A stretch of 64,000 nucleotides of DNA. Source: Pseudomonadota bacterium. Lineage in GTDB: Bacteria > Pseudomonadota > Gammaproteobacteria > Steroidobacterales > Steroidobacteraceae. Of the stretch, positions 11,338-20,948 are shown one piece after another. Location of the stretch: positions 13,526-77,525 of the forward strand of contig JAJZUT010000018.1 in the NCBI GenBank assembly GCA_021847105.1. Direction: 5' to 3'. Positions within the stretch are counted from its first letter, which is position 1, and each line of letters starts with the position of its first letter. The notes below the pieces were generated by a model. It had not been told where the DNA came from, did not search any database, and was given only the letters and a program-made list of their open reading frames with translations. The translations under genes were made by a program, and so were the position numbers.

Positions 11338-11696
11338 AGGGAGCGGCCGGCCGGCAGTATCCGGATCCTGACCTGTTGAATGTTGGGATCTTCGCGGCTG
11401 ATGGCGGGCTGCAGCTCCCGCAGCGCGTAGCGCAGGCGAGCGGCCCATGCGGCCGAGTCGGCAAACAGCGTCAGTGCACCCTCGCGCGCCACTGCGCCCG
11501 TGACGTGTGCGCCAAGATCCGCGGGCAGTTGTTCAGACAACCAACTCCGCCAAAATGTCTGACTCGCATTCTGGTCGCTTATTTGCGACAAAACACTCGC
11601 GCTGCGCGCGAGCAACTCGCCGATAGCCCGCGGCATTGCTGATTTTGTGACGGTCGTGCGTCCGTCTCGCTTGTGCCTGGGGTGGTTTTTCGGCAT
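11334..11696 (-). CDS. DUF721 (DciA-like) domain protein
   Basis: C-terminal two thirds of ORF 11334..11747 show the DUF721-like pattern ([24 protein letters not shown]). Sits between lpxC and secA as in many gammaproteobacteria. Start uncertain: ATG at 11696 or 11636. Confidence 0.6.
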   Translation of the reverse strand: MPKNHPRHKRDGRTTVTKSAMPRAIGELLARSASVLSQISDQNASQTFWRSWLSEQLPADLGAHVTGAVAREGALTLFADSAAWAARLRYALRELQPAISREDPNIQQVRIRILPAGRSL

Positions 11697-11778
11697 AGTC
11701 GCGCGCCGGGTGATTGCTGAATGCCCGACTGAGCGACGATTGTACAAGTGATGCTAAGGCAGCGGGGGGCGCACGCGA

Positions 11779-12855
11779 ATGAACGATGCAGCTGAACACG
11801 GTCGCTCTGCACCTTCTCGCCTGAAGCGCGCGGCCGGCTGGCTGCGACGCATCAATCCGCTGCGCGGCCTGATGCTGCGCGCCGATCGACCGGGAATGAG
11901 CGTGGTGGTGTTCAGCACCGATGGCCGCTCCCGCGTACTCAATCTCAATTTGCGTCACCCCGTGCTGGTCGGGGTGCTCAGTGTGTTCATGCTGGCCGTG
12001 CTCGGTGGCGCGTTTGCCCTCGGTATATCCCTTGGCCGCGGCAGTGGCGGCGGTCTCGCGCTGGCACAGACCTCACACTGGATGGATGTCCTCTCTCAGC
12101 AGCGCGAACAGATTGCCGATATGCGGGCGCAGATGCAGGCGCGCGCCGAGGCATTGGCCATCCAAGTCGGGGATCTGCAGGCGCACATGATTCGCCTGGA
12201 CGCGCTCGGTGAGCGTCTGACCAAAATGGCCGGTCTCACCGGCGATGCATTTGACTTTCGGCAGCAGCCACCGATCGGCGGGCCGGAGCGTGCGCTGCCC
12301 GGCGGCGGGGCGGGCATGCCCAGCCTCGACAAGATGATCGGCCGCCTGCAGGGGGAAGTCACGCTGCGCGCCTCACAGCTCTCGGCGCTCGAGAACCTGA
12401 TTCTCTCGCGTAAGCTGCATCAGGAAATCTATCCGCAGGGCCGCCCCGTGCGCGTCGGCTGGATCTCCTCACCGTTCGGACCGCGTATCGATCCCTTTAC
12501 GGGCAAGCCTGGATTTCATGAGGGCATGGACTTTGCGGCACCGCTCGGCACGCCCATTCATGCGGTGGCGGCGGGCGTGGTCACCTGGGCCGGACCAATG
12601 GACGGGTACGGCAATATGGTTCAAATCAAGGACGGCGAGGGTTACTCGACGTTGTACGCGCACTCCGAGAAGCTGCTGGTGCATGTGGGGCAAACCGTCA
12701 CGCGCGGGCAGGTGATCGCGCTGGTGGGCGACACGGGTTGGTCCACCGGTCCGCACGTGCATTTTGAAGTTCTGAAGAACGGCCAGCCGATCAATCCGGC
12801 CAGTTTTATCGGTCGTGGCAGCATGACCCTGGCGCAGGTCATCAAGGGGCATTAG
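11779..12855 (+). CDS. M23 family metallopeptidase (EnvC/NlpD-like murein endopeptidase) with N-terminal TM and coiled-coil
   Basis: C-terminal M23 motifs HEGMDFAAPLGTPI, YGNMVQI and GWSTGPHVHFEV. TM segment VLVGVLSVFMLAVLGGAFALG. Start may lie further downstream. Confidence 0.85.
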   Translation: MNDAAEHGRSAPSRLKRAAGWLRRINPLRGLMLRADRPGMSVVVFSTDGRSRVLNLNLRHPVLVGVLSVFMLAVLGGAFALGISLGRGSGGGLALAQTSHWMDVLSQQREQIADMRAQMQARAEALAIQVGDLQAHMIRLDALGERLTKMAGLTGDAFDFRQQPPIGGPERALPGGGAGMPSLDKMIGRLQGEVTLRASQLSALENLILSRKLHQEIYPQGRPVRVGWISSPFGPRIDPFTGKPGFHEGMDFAAPLGTPIHAVAAGVVTWAGPMDGYGNMVQIKDGEGYSTLYAHSEKLLVHVGQTVTRGQVIALVGDTGWSTGPHVHFEVLKNGQPINPASFIGRGSMTLAQVIKGH

Positions 12856-12862
12856 CGCCTTC

Positions 12863-12879
12863 GCCGCCTCTTCGGCGGC
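12863..12879 (+). terminator. short hairpin after the M23 peptidase gene
   Basis: GCCGCC-TCTTC-GGCGGC begins 8 nt after the stop and is followed by TCTCGTTCC (weak T tract). Confidence 0.4.
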
Positions 12880-13365
12880 TCTCGTTCCGGCGGATTCGAC
12901 TATCTATCGGCTGACGCTGCGGGGCGGGTGCGTTCTCGGGGCCAATCCCGATGCCTTCGCGCTCAGGACACGCTTGCGGCAACGTTCCGCCTTTGCGAGA
13001 AGCCCCAGCCCAACCCCAACCCTCGGTGTCACGGGTCGGGGCGTACCTCGAGGAGTGCGGGATTCTCGGCGGTGGGCCGCGACGGATCTCCGTGGCAGGA
13101 GCGAAGCCGGCGCGAAGCGCTTGCGCAGCACTCAGAAGAGATGATTGCAGCACCGCATTGCGCGCAGAAGTACCGCGGGCCGCGCGCGGCTCGCCCGCTG
13201 GCCAGCCTGCCGGGACGGGGTCAGGGGTGGACCGTATTCGCCCTCAGCCGGCGCCGCCACGGGCGGCGCCGAGGGGGCATGCTGGAAACCTGATCCAGCG
13301 CAGGACCTGCCCGGCCCCATTAGGAGCGGAGGGCCCAAGTGGGTACAATAATTGGTTCCGTAATC

Positions 13366-13390
13366 GCGCACCCGCCCCAGGCGGGTGCGC
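13366..13390 (+). other. perfect 10-bp stem-loop in the secA leader
   Basis: GCGCACCCGC (13366-13375) and GCGGGTGCGC (13381-13390) flank a 5-nt loop, 27 nt upstream of the secA TTG start. It does not cover the AGGA RBS at 13405-13408. Confidence 0.5.
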
Positions 13391-13416
13391 ACCGTTAGCG
13401 AATCAGGATCGTCAAG

Positions 13417-16188
13417 TTGCTCAATACCCTCAAACGTATCTTCGGCAGCCGTAATGATCGGCTCCTGCGCGGCTATGCGCGCTACGTACGCGCCGCCAAG
13501 GGATTCGAGCCGGCACTGAAATCATTAAGCGATGAGCAGCTGCGGGCCAAGACCGAGGAGTTCCGCACGCGGCTGCGCGATGGCGCTACGCTCGATGATC
13601 TGCTGCCGGAGGCCTTCGCGGTGGTGCGCGAGGCGGCCTGGCGCACGCTCAAGATGCGCCACTTCGACGTACAGCTGATCGGCGGCATCGCTCTGCACCA
13701 GGGGCGCATCGCCGAGATGCGTACCGGCGAGGGCAAGACGTTGGTGGCGACGCTGCCGGCGTACCTCAATGCCCTGCCCGGCGAGGGCGTGCATGTCGTC
13801 ACCGTCAACGAGTACCTGGCACAGCGCGATTCGGACTGGATGGGGCCGGTGTACCGCTTTCTCGGGCTCACCGTCGGGGTCATCAAGAACTCCCAGACGC
13901 CCGAGGAGAAGCGCGCCGCCTACGGCTGCGACATCACCTACGGCACGAACAACGAACTCGGCTTCGATTATCTGCGCGATAACCTCGCCTTCAGCCTCGA
14001 GGAGCGTGTGCAGCGCAATCTCGCCTATGCCATCGTCGATGAGGTCGATTCGATCCTGATCGACGAGGCGCGCACGCCGCTCATCATCTCCGGGCCGGCC
14101 GAGGAGAGCACCGAGCTGTATCTGCGCATCAACAAGCTGGTGCCCCGCCTGCAGCGCCAGGAGGTCGAGGATGGCCCCGGCGATTTTTCCGTCGAGGAGA
14201 AGAACAAGCAGGTGCACCTGACCGAGGAAGGTCACGAGCACGTCGAGCAGCTGATGCTCGAAAGCGGACTGCTGAAAGAAGGCGAGAGTCTCTACGATGC
14301 GACCAACATCCGCCTGATGCACCATCTCAATGCGGCGCTGCGCGCTCACGCGCTCTACAAGCGCGACGTGGAGTACATCGTGCGCGGCGGCGAGGTCATC
14401 ATCGTCGATGAGTTTACGGGACGCACCATGCCGGGACGGCGTTGGTCGGACGGGCTGCACCAGGCCGTGGAAGCCAAAGAGGGTGTGCAGGTGCGCGAGG
14501 AGAACCAGACGGTTGCCTCGATCACGTTCCAGAACTACTTCCGCCTGTACAAGAAGCTCTCCGGCATGACCGGTACCGCCGATACCGAGGCGCCGGAGTT
14601 CCTGCAGATCTACGGGCTCGAAGTGATGGTCATTCCGACCCACAAGCCGATGGTCCGTAAGGACGCGCCGGACTTCGTCTATCTGACGCAGGCCGACAAG
14701 TTCAAAGCCATCATCGAGGACATCCGCGACTGCGTCGAGCGCAAGCAGCCGGTGCTGGTCGGCACGACCTCGATCGAAACCTCTGAGTACCTCGCTGAAA
14801 TGCTGCAGAAGCAGAAGATCGGGCACGAGGTGCTCAACGCGAAGCAGCACGAGCGCGAGGCGAGCATCGTCGCGCAGGCCGGCCGACCCGGCGCGGTCAC
14901 CATCGCAACGAACATGGCCGGTCGTGGCACAGACATCGTGCTTGGCGGCAGCTTGGATGCCGAGCTCGCGGGGCTCGATGCGGCCGATGAAGCCGCTCGC
15001 GAGGGCGCGCGCAGCGAGTGGCGGGTCCGCCATGATGCGGCGCTTGCTGCCGGCGGATTGCACATCATCGGCACTGAGCGGCATGAGTCGCGTCGTATCG
15101 ACAACCAGCTGCGCGGACGCTCGGGACGACAGGGCGACCCGGGCTCGAGCCGCTTCTATCTCTCGATGGAAGACAACTTGATGCGCATCTTCGGTGACCC
15201 GACGCGTACGCAGCGGTTGCTGAAGATGGCTGGCATGAAGGAAGGCGAAGTCATCGAAAGCGGCATGCTGAGCAAGCAGATCGAGAAGGCACAGCGCAAA
15301 GTTGAGGCGCACAACTTCGATATCCGCAAACAGCTGCTGCTGTTCGACGACGTCGCCAACGATCAGCGCAAGGTGGTCTATCAGCAACGCACCGAGATCA
15401 TGGCGACGGCGGACGTCTCGGCAGCAATTCACGGCATCCTCGCCGAGGCTGTCGGAACGCTGGTCGATCAGTTTCTGCCCAAGCACGCGATGGCCGGCGA
15501 TTGGGATCTCGACGGTCTCACTCAGGCGGTGAGCCGTGATTTCAACGTCCCGGTCGATCCCAAGAATTGGCTCGCAGCCGAGCCTGACCTTGAGGAGGCT
15601 ACGCTGCGCGAGCGGCTGGTGAGCGCGGTGGATGAGGCGTACAACGCCAAATCGGCGCGCCTCGATGCGGCATTGATGCGGCACATCGAGAAGGACGTGA
15701 TGCTGCGCACGCTCGACATGCATTGGCGTGATCACCTGGCAGCCATGGACTATCTGCGCCAGGGCATCCATTTGCGCGGTTATGCGCAACAGGACTACCG
15801 CACCGAGTACAAGCGCGAAGCGTTCGAGATGTTCAGCGCCATGCTCGATCAGGTGAAATTCGAGACCGTATCGACCCTGATGCAGATCGAGGTGCGGACG
15901 CAGGAGGAAGTCGACCGCGAGGAAGAGGAGCGGCGTGCGCGCCTGATGCGTGCCCTGCAGGCGCAACATGCGGAAGCCTCGGGGTTCGCCGGCGCGGAGC
16001 CGGTCGACGCGCTGTTCGACGGGGAGTCGGCTGCGATGGCCCCGCCGGGTGCGCTGCCGATGGACCCTGATGGCCCTCACAGTCCGTTCGTGCGCGGGGA
16101 GCGCAAGGTCGGACGCAACGAGCCGTGTCCATGCGGTTCGGGCAAGAAATACAAACACTGTCACGGCACGCTCTCGAACGTCGGCTGA
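13417..16188 (+). CDS. secA: preprotein translocase ATPase SecA
   Basis: 923 aa. N-terminus (M)[14 protein letters not shown] from a TTG start with an AGGA 8 nt upstream. [11 protein letters not shown]alker [21 protein letters not shown]-terminal zinc finger [14 protein letters not shown]. Confidence 0.95.
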   Translation: MLNTLKRIFGSRNDRLLRGYARYVRAAKGFEPALKSLSDEQLRAKTEEFRTRLRDGATLDDLLPEAFAVVREAAWRTLKMRHFDVQLIGGIALHQGRIAEMRTGEGKTLVATLPAYLNALPGEGVHVVTVNEYLAQRDSDWMGPVYRFLGLTVGVIKNSQTPEEKRAAYGCDITYGTNNELGFDYLRDNLAFSLEERVQRNLAYAIVDEVDSILIDEARTPLIISGPAEESTELYLRINKLVPRLQRQEVEDGPGDFSVEEKNKQVHLTEEGHEHVEQLMLESGLLKEGESLYDATNIRLMHHLNAALRAHALYKRDVEYIVRGGEVIIVDEFTGRTMPGRRWSDGLHQAVEAKEGVQVREENQTVASITFQNYFRLYKKLSGMTGTADTEAPEFLQIYGLEVMVIPTHKPMVRKDAPDFVYLTQADKFKAIIEDIRDCVERKQPVLVGTTSIETSEYLAEMLQKQKIGHEVLNAKQHEREASIVAQAGRPGAVTIATNMAGRGTDIVLGGSLDAELAGLDAADEAAREGARSEWRVRHDAALAAGGLHIIGTERHESRRIDNQLRGRSGRQGDPGSSRFYLSMEDNLMRIFGDPTRTQRLLKMAGMKEGEVIESGMLSKQIEKAQRKVEAHNFDIRKQLLLFDDVANDQRKVVYQQRTEIMATADVSAAIHGILAEAVGTLVDQFLPKHAMAGDWDLDGLTQAVSRDFNVPVDPKNWLAAEPDLEEATLRERLVSAVDEAYNAKSARLDAALMRHIEKDVMLRTLDMHWRDHLAAMDYLRQGIHLRGYAQQDYRTEYKREAFEMFSAMLDQVKFETVSTLMQIEVRTQEEVDREEEERRARLMRALQAQHAEASGFAGAEPVDALFDGESAAMAPPGALPMDPDGPHSPFVRGERKVGRNEPCPCGSGKKYKHCHGTLSNVG

Positions 16189-16194
16189 CGGTCC

Positions 16195-16629
16195 GTGCGC
16201 ACGGTGCGAGTGGTGGCCGCCGCGCTGATCGGCGCCGATCAGCGCGTGCTGATCACCGAGCGGCCGCCGGGTAAGTCCCTCGCCGGCCGGTGGGAATTCC
16301 CCGGCGGGAAGCTCGAGGCCGGTGAAAGTGAGGCCGAGGCGCTGCGCCGCGAGCTCGCCGAGGAACTCGGCATCGAGGTGCTCGGGGGACGCGCCATGAT
16401 GCAGCTGCGCCACGCTTATGCGGATCGGGTGGTCGAGCTATCGCTGTGGGTGGTTGAGCAGTTTCGGGGCGAGCCCCGGGCGCTTGAAGGCCAGGGCTTG
16501 AAGTGGGTTGAGCCCAGCGCGCTCGCCGCGGAAGACATTCTTGAGGCGGACCGTCCTTTCGTCGCGGCGCTGGTAGAATGGCTGGCTCCACCATCTGCAC
16601 GCGAGGGCCTTCATGGCCGCCACGAATGA
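16195..16629 (+). CDS. mutT: Nudix hydrolase, MutT-type 8-oxo-dGTP diphosphatase
   Basis: Nudix box GGKLEAGESEAEALRRELAEELGI. GTG start 6 nt after secA. secA-mutT adjacency as in E. coli. Confidence 0.85.
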   Translation: MRTVRVVAAALIGADQRVLITERPPGKSLAGRWEFPGGKLEAGESEAEALRRELAEELGIEVLGGRAMMQLRHAYADRVVELSLWVVEQFRGEPRALEGQGLKWVEPSALAAEDILEADRPFVAALVEWLAPPSAREGLHGRHE

Positions 16630-17017
16630 CGTCCCCGAGATCCACCTCGACTCGGCCAACCTCTACCGCGAAGAGATCTTCACCGATCGGCGGGCCGGTA
16701 CCGTCCGGCGGCTGACGCCGGTGACCGTCGACGGGGCCCCGGATCCGTCGCGTGCGGTGCTGTTCTCCGGCCAGACTCAGCTGCTCACGCCCGCCGGCGT
16801 TCTGCCGCTGTCCTTTGAACTGCCGGGCAGCACCCTGTCCGAAGCGCTCACGCACTTCTCGGAAGGGGTGCGAATGGCGATCGAGCAGGCCATTGACGAG
16901 GCGCGTGAGATGCGTCGCGAGGCCGCCTCGCGTATCGTGGTTCCCGAGGTCGGTGCAGGCGGGCTCGGCCCTGCGCCGGGCGCCGGACCGGGCGGCGGAA
17001 AGATCAAGTTTCCCTGA
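16613..17017 (+). CDS. hypothetical protein (134 aa, Gly/Pro-rich C-terminus)
   Basis: ATG preceded by GAGGG. GC3-rich codon usage like its neighbours. Overlaps the mutT end by 17 nt and the convergent yacG end by 14 nt. No family recognised. Confidence 0.55.
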   Translation: MAATNDVPEIHLDSANLYREEIFTDRRAGTVRRLTPVTVDGAPDPSRAVLFSGQTQLLTPAGVLPLSFELPGSTLSEALTHFSEGVRMAIEQAIDEAREMRREAASRIVVPEVGAGGLGPAPGAGPGGGKIKFP

Positions 17018-17204
17018 GCGGAGATGCTCGGCCGTGCTCGCGAGCGCCCTCGCTCTCGAGTACGGCTGCCTCCCCTGGGATGGCATGTCGTTCGGCGAGC
17101 CAGCCGCCCAGATCGATCAGCCGGCAGCGTTCGCTGCAGAACGGCCGGTGCGGTGCGCTCACCCACTCGAGGGGGCGTCGGCAGGTGGGGCACTTGACCT
17201 GCAC
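17004..17204 (-). CDS. yacG: DNA gyrase inhibitor YacG (zinc finger)
   Basis: Last 66 codons of ORF 17004..17870: (M)[34 protein letters not shown] is the YacG C4 zinc-finger signature. GTG start at 17204, 8 nt after the zapD stop. Confidence 0.8.
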   Translation of the reverse strand: MQVKCPTCRRPLEWVSAPHRPFCSERCRLIDLGGWLAERHAIPGEAAVLESEGAREHGRASPLRET

Positions 17205-17212
17205 AGCGAGCC

Positions 17213-18067
17213 TCAGGCGCAGGTGGTCAGCTGGAACGGAACGTCCTCGCTGGTCTGCGTGGCGCGCTCCGAGAGGCCCTTCCAGGTGAGAAAGCGCACA
17301 CTGCAGCGGTGATGGCTGCCGCTCACTTCCGGATACAGGCCGCTGTCGGACGGCAGCACGATGCGCAGCAGCTGCAGCGGATTGTCCCGGTCGAAGGTGA
17401 TGGTAAAGGTGCCCCCGCGGGCGCATTCCGGCCGGGTGCGCCCGAACTGGCGGGTGAGCCACAGCAGCTCCGCGACGGCATCGCACAGCGGGCGCAGCAC
17501 GGCAAGCCATTGGTTGAACGCCTGCATGCGTGTCTCGTCCGGCTCGGACAACCAGTAGAGGTAGTCCGGCAGATCGAACTCGCAGGTGCCGCCGGGAATG
17601 CTGCTGCGGTGCTTGATGGCGTTCAGGAACTCTGAGTCCCGCAGCGGCTGTTGGCAGGCGACTCCAGCGCTCATCAGATCCGCCCGCAGTCGGCCGAGGT
17701 TGGTGATGAACGTCTTCAGTCGCTGGGCATCTACCCCGGGGCGGGACTGATATTCGCTGAGCAGTTGCAGCTGACGCTCGATCTCCTTCAGCGCGTCCGA
17801 GCGCAGGTCGCTGCGGGTGATGACCGCGAGGATGTCGATCAGGCTGGTCATCGCCGCGCGGCTGCCCCATTGGCTGCCCGTCTCGTTGTGATACAGCGCC
17901 TGGTTGTAGAGGAAATCCAGGCGCAGGAACGTGCGCATCCGCTCGTTCAGCGGTTGCTCGAAAATCAGCGCCCGGCCGCTGTCCCTGGCCACCGGCACGG
18001 TGGTCGAGGGACGGGACGCAGCGGAGGTCGGTGTGGGGGCTGCGACTTCAGCGGTATCGGTTGTCAT
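17213..18067 (-). CDS. zapD: cell division protein ZapD (YacF)
   Basis: [19 protein letters not shown] matches the ZapD N-terminal signature (E. coli FEHPLNEKMRTWLRIEFL). coaE-zapD-yacG order as in E. coli. The ~30-aa N-terminal extension makes the exact start uncertain. Confidence 0.85.
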   Translation of the reverse strand: MTTDTAEVAAPTPTSAASRPSTTVPVARDSGRALIFEQPLNERMRTFLRLDFLYNQALYHNETGSQWGSRAAMTSLIDILAVITRSDLRSDALKEIERQLQLLSEYQSRPGVDAQRLKTFITNLGRLRADLMSAGVACQQPLRDSEFLNAIKHRSSIPGGTCEFDLPDYLYWLSEPDETRMQAFNQWLAVLRPLCDAVAELLWLTRQFGRTRPECARGGTFTITFDRDNPLQLLRIVLPSDSGLYPEVSGSHHRCSVRFLTWKGLSERATQTSEDVPFQLTTCA

Positions 18068-18133
18068 GGCGAATATTGTGCGCGAGGAGCGCGTCGCGCG
18101 TAAATGTCCGCGACGCCCGACGCTGCAGCGTGC

Positions 18134-18739
18134 TCAGGATGAGGCGGCGAGCTCCAGGTAGCGCTGATGGAGGCTCGCCACCTGCTCGCGCAGTCCGGCG
18201 AGGTCCGATTCGTTGTGGATCACGTCATGGGCGGCCTTCAGGCGTGCTGCGCGCGAGGTCTGTGCGTTCAGCATGGCGCGCGCCTGCTCGCTGCTCGAGC
18301 CGTCTCGCTTCTGCAGCCGCTCGAGCTGCAACGCCTCGGGGCAGTCCACGACCAGTACGCGGTCGACGCGCCCGGTGAGCCCTTTCTCGACGAGCAGCGG
18401 AATGACCAGGATCTGATACGGGCCGCCGGCAGCGGCGGCCAGCGCTTCCACCGCCGAACCAATGGCCGGGTGGGTCAGGGCCTCGAGGTCGGCTCGAGCT
18501 TTCGGATCGGAGAACACGATCTCGCGCAGTTTGGGCCGGTCAAGGTGTCCGTCCGGAGTCAGGATACCCTTGCCGAAGCGCTCAACCAGCCGTTCGAGCG
18601 GGGGCTGCCCGGGCTCGACCACCTCGCGGGCGATCTGATCCGTATCGATGATGGGCACGCCGCGCGCGCCAAACAGCTCCGCCACGGTGGATTTACCGCT
18701 GGCGATGCCTCCCGTGAGACCAATGCGAAGAATGTTCAT
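18134..18739 (-). CDS. coaE: dephospho-CoA kinase
   Basis: MNILRIGLTGGIASGKSTV P-loop start, 201 aa, downstream of pilD as in many gammaproteobacteria. Confidence 0.9.
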   Translation of the reverse strand: MNILRIGLTGGIASGKSTVAELFGARGVPIIDTDQIAREVVEPGQPPLERLVERFGKGILTPDGHLDRPKLREIVFSDPKARADLEALTHPAIGSAVEALAAAAGGPYQILVIPLLVEKGLTGRVDRVLVVDCPEALQLERLQKRDGSSSEQARAMLNAQTSRAARLKAAHDVIHNESDLAGLREQVASLHQRYLELAASS

Positions 18740-18788
18740 GCGTAGGCGGCGGATTCTAGCGCGGTTTGCCGTCCGCGGGGTCGCCGCC

Positions 18789-19688
18789 TCATCCGGGAAA
18801 CAATCCCAGGTAGAACCCGACCAGCTGGTGCCCGTACATGAGGATCAGCCACCCGGCGGCGGCGAGAAATGGGCCGAACGCGATGGGGACCGCACTACTG
18901 CGTCCGCGCGCGACGATCAGGATGAGCCCGACCACCGCACCCACGGCTGCGGCGATCAGCACTGTCGGCAGCAGCATCTGCCAGCCCATCCAGGCCCCCA
19001 GTGCGGCGAGCAATTTGAAGTCTCCGTAGCCCATGCCCTCCTTGGCCGTGAGCGCCCGAAACAGGTGATAGATGCCCCAGAGGCTCAGGTAGCCCGCCGC
19101 CGCGCCGATCAGGCTGGCGCGCGGATCGACGGGTACGGGGGCGCCGCCTGGACCGGGGGCAAACAGGCTCAGCACGAGTCCGATCCACATCAGTGGCAGG
19201 GTCAGATTGTCGGGCAGCAGCTGCCGGTCGATGTCGATGGCCGCGAGGGCCACCAGGAACCACGTCAGCACCAGGGCGGCGAGCGCCGGCCAGCCGAAAC
19301 CGAATCGCCAGGCGACCAGGGCCGAGAGCAGTCCCGTCAGTGCCTCGACCAGCGGGTAGCGCGCGCTGATGCGAGAGCGGCAGCGGGCGCAGCGCCCGCG
19401 CAGCCACAGATAGCTCAGCACCGGAATGTTGTGCCGGGCCGCAATCGGTGTCCGACAGGACGGGCAGGCCGAGCGTGGCACGACGAGGTTGTAGCGCCCG
19501 GCCGGCTCGGCGGGCAGCGTCGGCGGTTCGGTTGCAAGCGCGGCACACTCGGCCCGCCAATGCCGCTCGAGCATGATCGGCAGCCGGTGGATCACGACAT
19601 TCAGGAAGCTGCCGATCACGAGTCCCAGCACCAGGCAGGTGCCGGTGAACAGAGCAGGCGAGGCGGCGAGCAGTTCGGCCAGCGACAC
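18789..19688 (-). CDS. pilD: prepilin peptidase / N-methyltransferase PilD (A24 family)
   Basis: Cys cluster CPSC...CARC in the cytoplasmic loop, polytopic membrane profile, GYGDFKLLAALGAWMG active-site region. Directly after pilC. Confidence 0.9.
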   Translation of the reverse strand: MSLAELLAASPALFTGTCLVLGLVIGSFLNVVIHRLPIMLERHWRAECAALATEPPTLPAEPAGRYNLVVPRSACPSCRTPIAARHNIPVLSYLWLRGRCARCRSRISARYPLVEALTGLLSALVAWRFGFGWPALAALVLTWFLVALAAIDIDRQLLPDNLTLPLMWIGLVLSLFAPGPGGAPVPVDPRASLIGAAAGYLSLWGIYHLFRALTAKEGMGYGDFKLLAALGAWMGWQMLLPTVLIAAAVGAVVGLILIVARGRSSAVPIAFGPFLAAAGWLILMYGHQLVGFYLGLFPG

Positions 19689-19689
19689 G

Positions 19690-20931
19690 TCAGCCTACGA
19701 CGTTGCCGAGCTGGAAGATCGGCAGGTACATCGCAATGACGAGGCCGCCAACGATGACGCCAAGGATCACCATGATCAGCGGCTCGAGCAGGCTCGACAT
19801 CGCATCCACCGCATTGTCCACCTCGGCCTCATAGAACACCGCGACCTTGCCGGCCATCTCATCGAGCGAGCCGGCTTCCTCGCCGACCGCAATCATCTGC
19901 ACCACCATGTTGGGAAATATGCCGCGCGATTCCATTGCCCGCTGCAGGCGCTGGCCCGTCGCAACCTCATCGCGCATTTTCAGCACGGCGTTTTCATAAA
20001 TGATGTTCCCGCACGCGCCGGCGACCGACTCCAGGGCCTCGACCAGCGGCACGCCAGCGGCAAACATGGTTGAGAGCGTGCGTGAATAGCGGGCGATCGC
20101 CGCTTTGTTGAGAATCGGGCCGATGATGGGAACCTTTAGCGACATCCGGTCGAGCACCTCGCGCATCTTGCGCGAGCGCTGCTTGAAGTAAATGAATGTC
20201 CATGCCGCAGCGCCGATGACGAGCGCAATCCAGATGCCCTGGTGGCGAACGGCGTTGGACATGTTGATGACGAACTGTGTGAATGCGGGCAGGTTTGCGC
20301 CGAACCCCTGGAAGAGCTTCTGGAACTCCGGAATCACGAAGATCATCAGTACGGTGGTGACGATCGCGGCGACGATGAGCACGGCGGCCGGATAAAACAG
20401 GGCCTTCTTGACCTTTTTCTTGGTCGCTTCGGATTTTTCCTTGTAGGTCGCGATCTTATCGAGCAGCGTATCGAGCGCGCCTGCCTGCTCTCCGGCTCGA
20501 ACTAGATTAACAAATAGATCATCGAACTGTAGCGGGTGCTTGGCGAGCGCCTCATACAGCGAGGTGCCGGATTCCACGTCCGACTTAATTGCCAGAATGA
20601 GCGTGCGCAGCGCGGGTTTGTCCACGCCGCTCGCGACGATCTCGAAGGATTGCACCATCGGGATGCCCGCGATCAGCATGGTGGCCAGCTGGCGGCTGAA
20701 CACCGCAATGTCGGCGGCGTTGACCTTGCCGCCGCTGACGAACAGGCCCTCTCTCTTGCGGCGGACGCGCGAGGCGGCGATGCCCTGACGGCGCAGCTCC
20801 GAGCGCACCGCCGCTTCGTCGGGGGCCATCGTGTTGCCCTTCACGCGCTGGCCGCGTTTGTCGCGGCCTTCCCACAGGAAGGGGACGTCGGGCTTGGTAG
20901 ACTTGGCGGTCGCGGAGATTGCCGGAGCCAT
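19690..20931 (-). CDS. pilC: type IV pilus platform protein PilC (GspF family)
   Basis: 413 aa with a duplicated GspF-type domain (repeat ends IAVGEEAGSLDEM). Between pilB and pilD. Confidence 0.92.
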   Translation of the reverse strand: MAPAISATAKSTKPDVPFLWEGRDKRGQRVKGNTMAPDEAAVRSELRRQGIAASRVRRKREGLFVSGGKVNAADIAVFSRQLATMLIAGIPMVQSFEIVASGVDKPALRTLILAIKSDVESGTSLYEALAKHPLQFDDLFVNLVRAGEQAGALDTLLDKIATYKEKSEATKKKVKKALFYPAAVLIVAAIVTTVLMIFVIPEFQKLFQGFGANLPAFTQFVINMSNAVRHQGIWIALVIGAAAWTFIYFKQRSRKMREVLDRMSLKVPIIGPILNKAAIARYSRTLSTMFAAGVPLVEALESVAGACGNIIYENAVLKMRDEVATGQRLQRAMESRGIFPNMVVQMIAVGEEAGSLDEMAGKVAVFYEAEVDNAVDAMSSLLEPLIMVILGVIVGGLVIAMYLPIFQLGNVVG

Positions 20932-20948
20932 GGGTTCGCCGTCCTGCG

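Noticed and set aside
12951-13454. 167-aa ORF upstream of and overlapping the secA start, considered as a SecM-like translation-arrest leader (contains ...NRAPAPGG...)
   Set aside because: It has no signal peptide or TM segment, its GC3 is clearly lower than in real genes here, the motif match is loose, and the ORF overlaps secA out of frame. It is kept only as part of the long-leader finding.
13525-16413. 962-aa ORF on the minus strand spanning nearly all of secA
   Set aside because: It is antisense to an unambiguous SecA gene. Its composition is Arg/Ala/Leu/His-rich with no motifs. Long stop-free antisense frames are expected in GC-rich coding DNA.
17205-17870. Upstream 222 codons of the 288-aa ORF 17004..17870
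   Set aside because: This part overlaps zapD in another frame and is Arg/Pro/Gly-rich. Only the last 66 codons (from GTG 17204) form the YacG zinc-finger protein.
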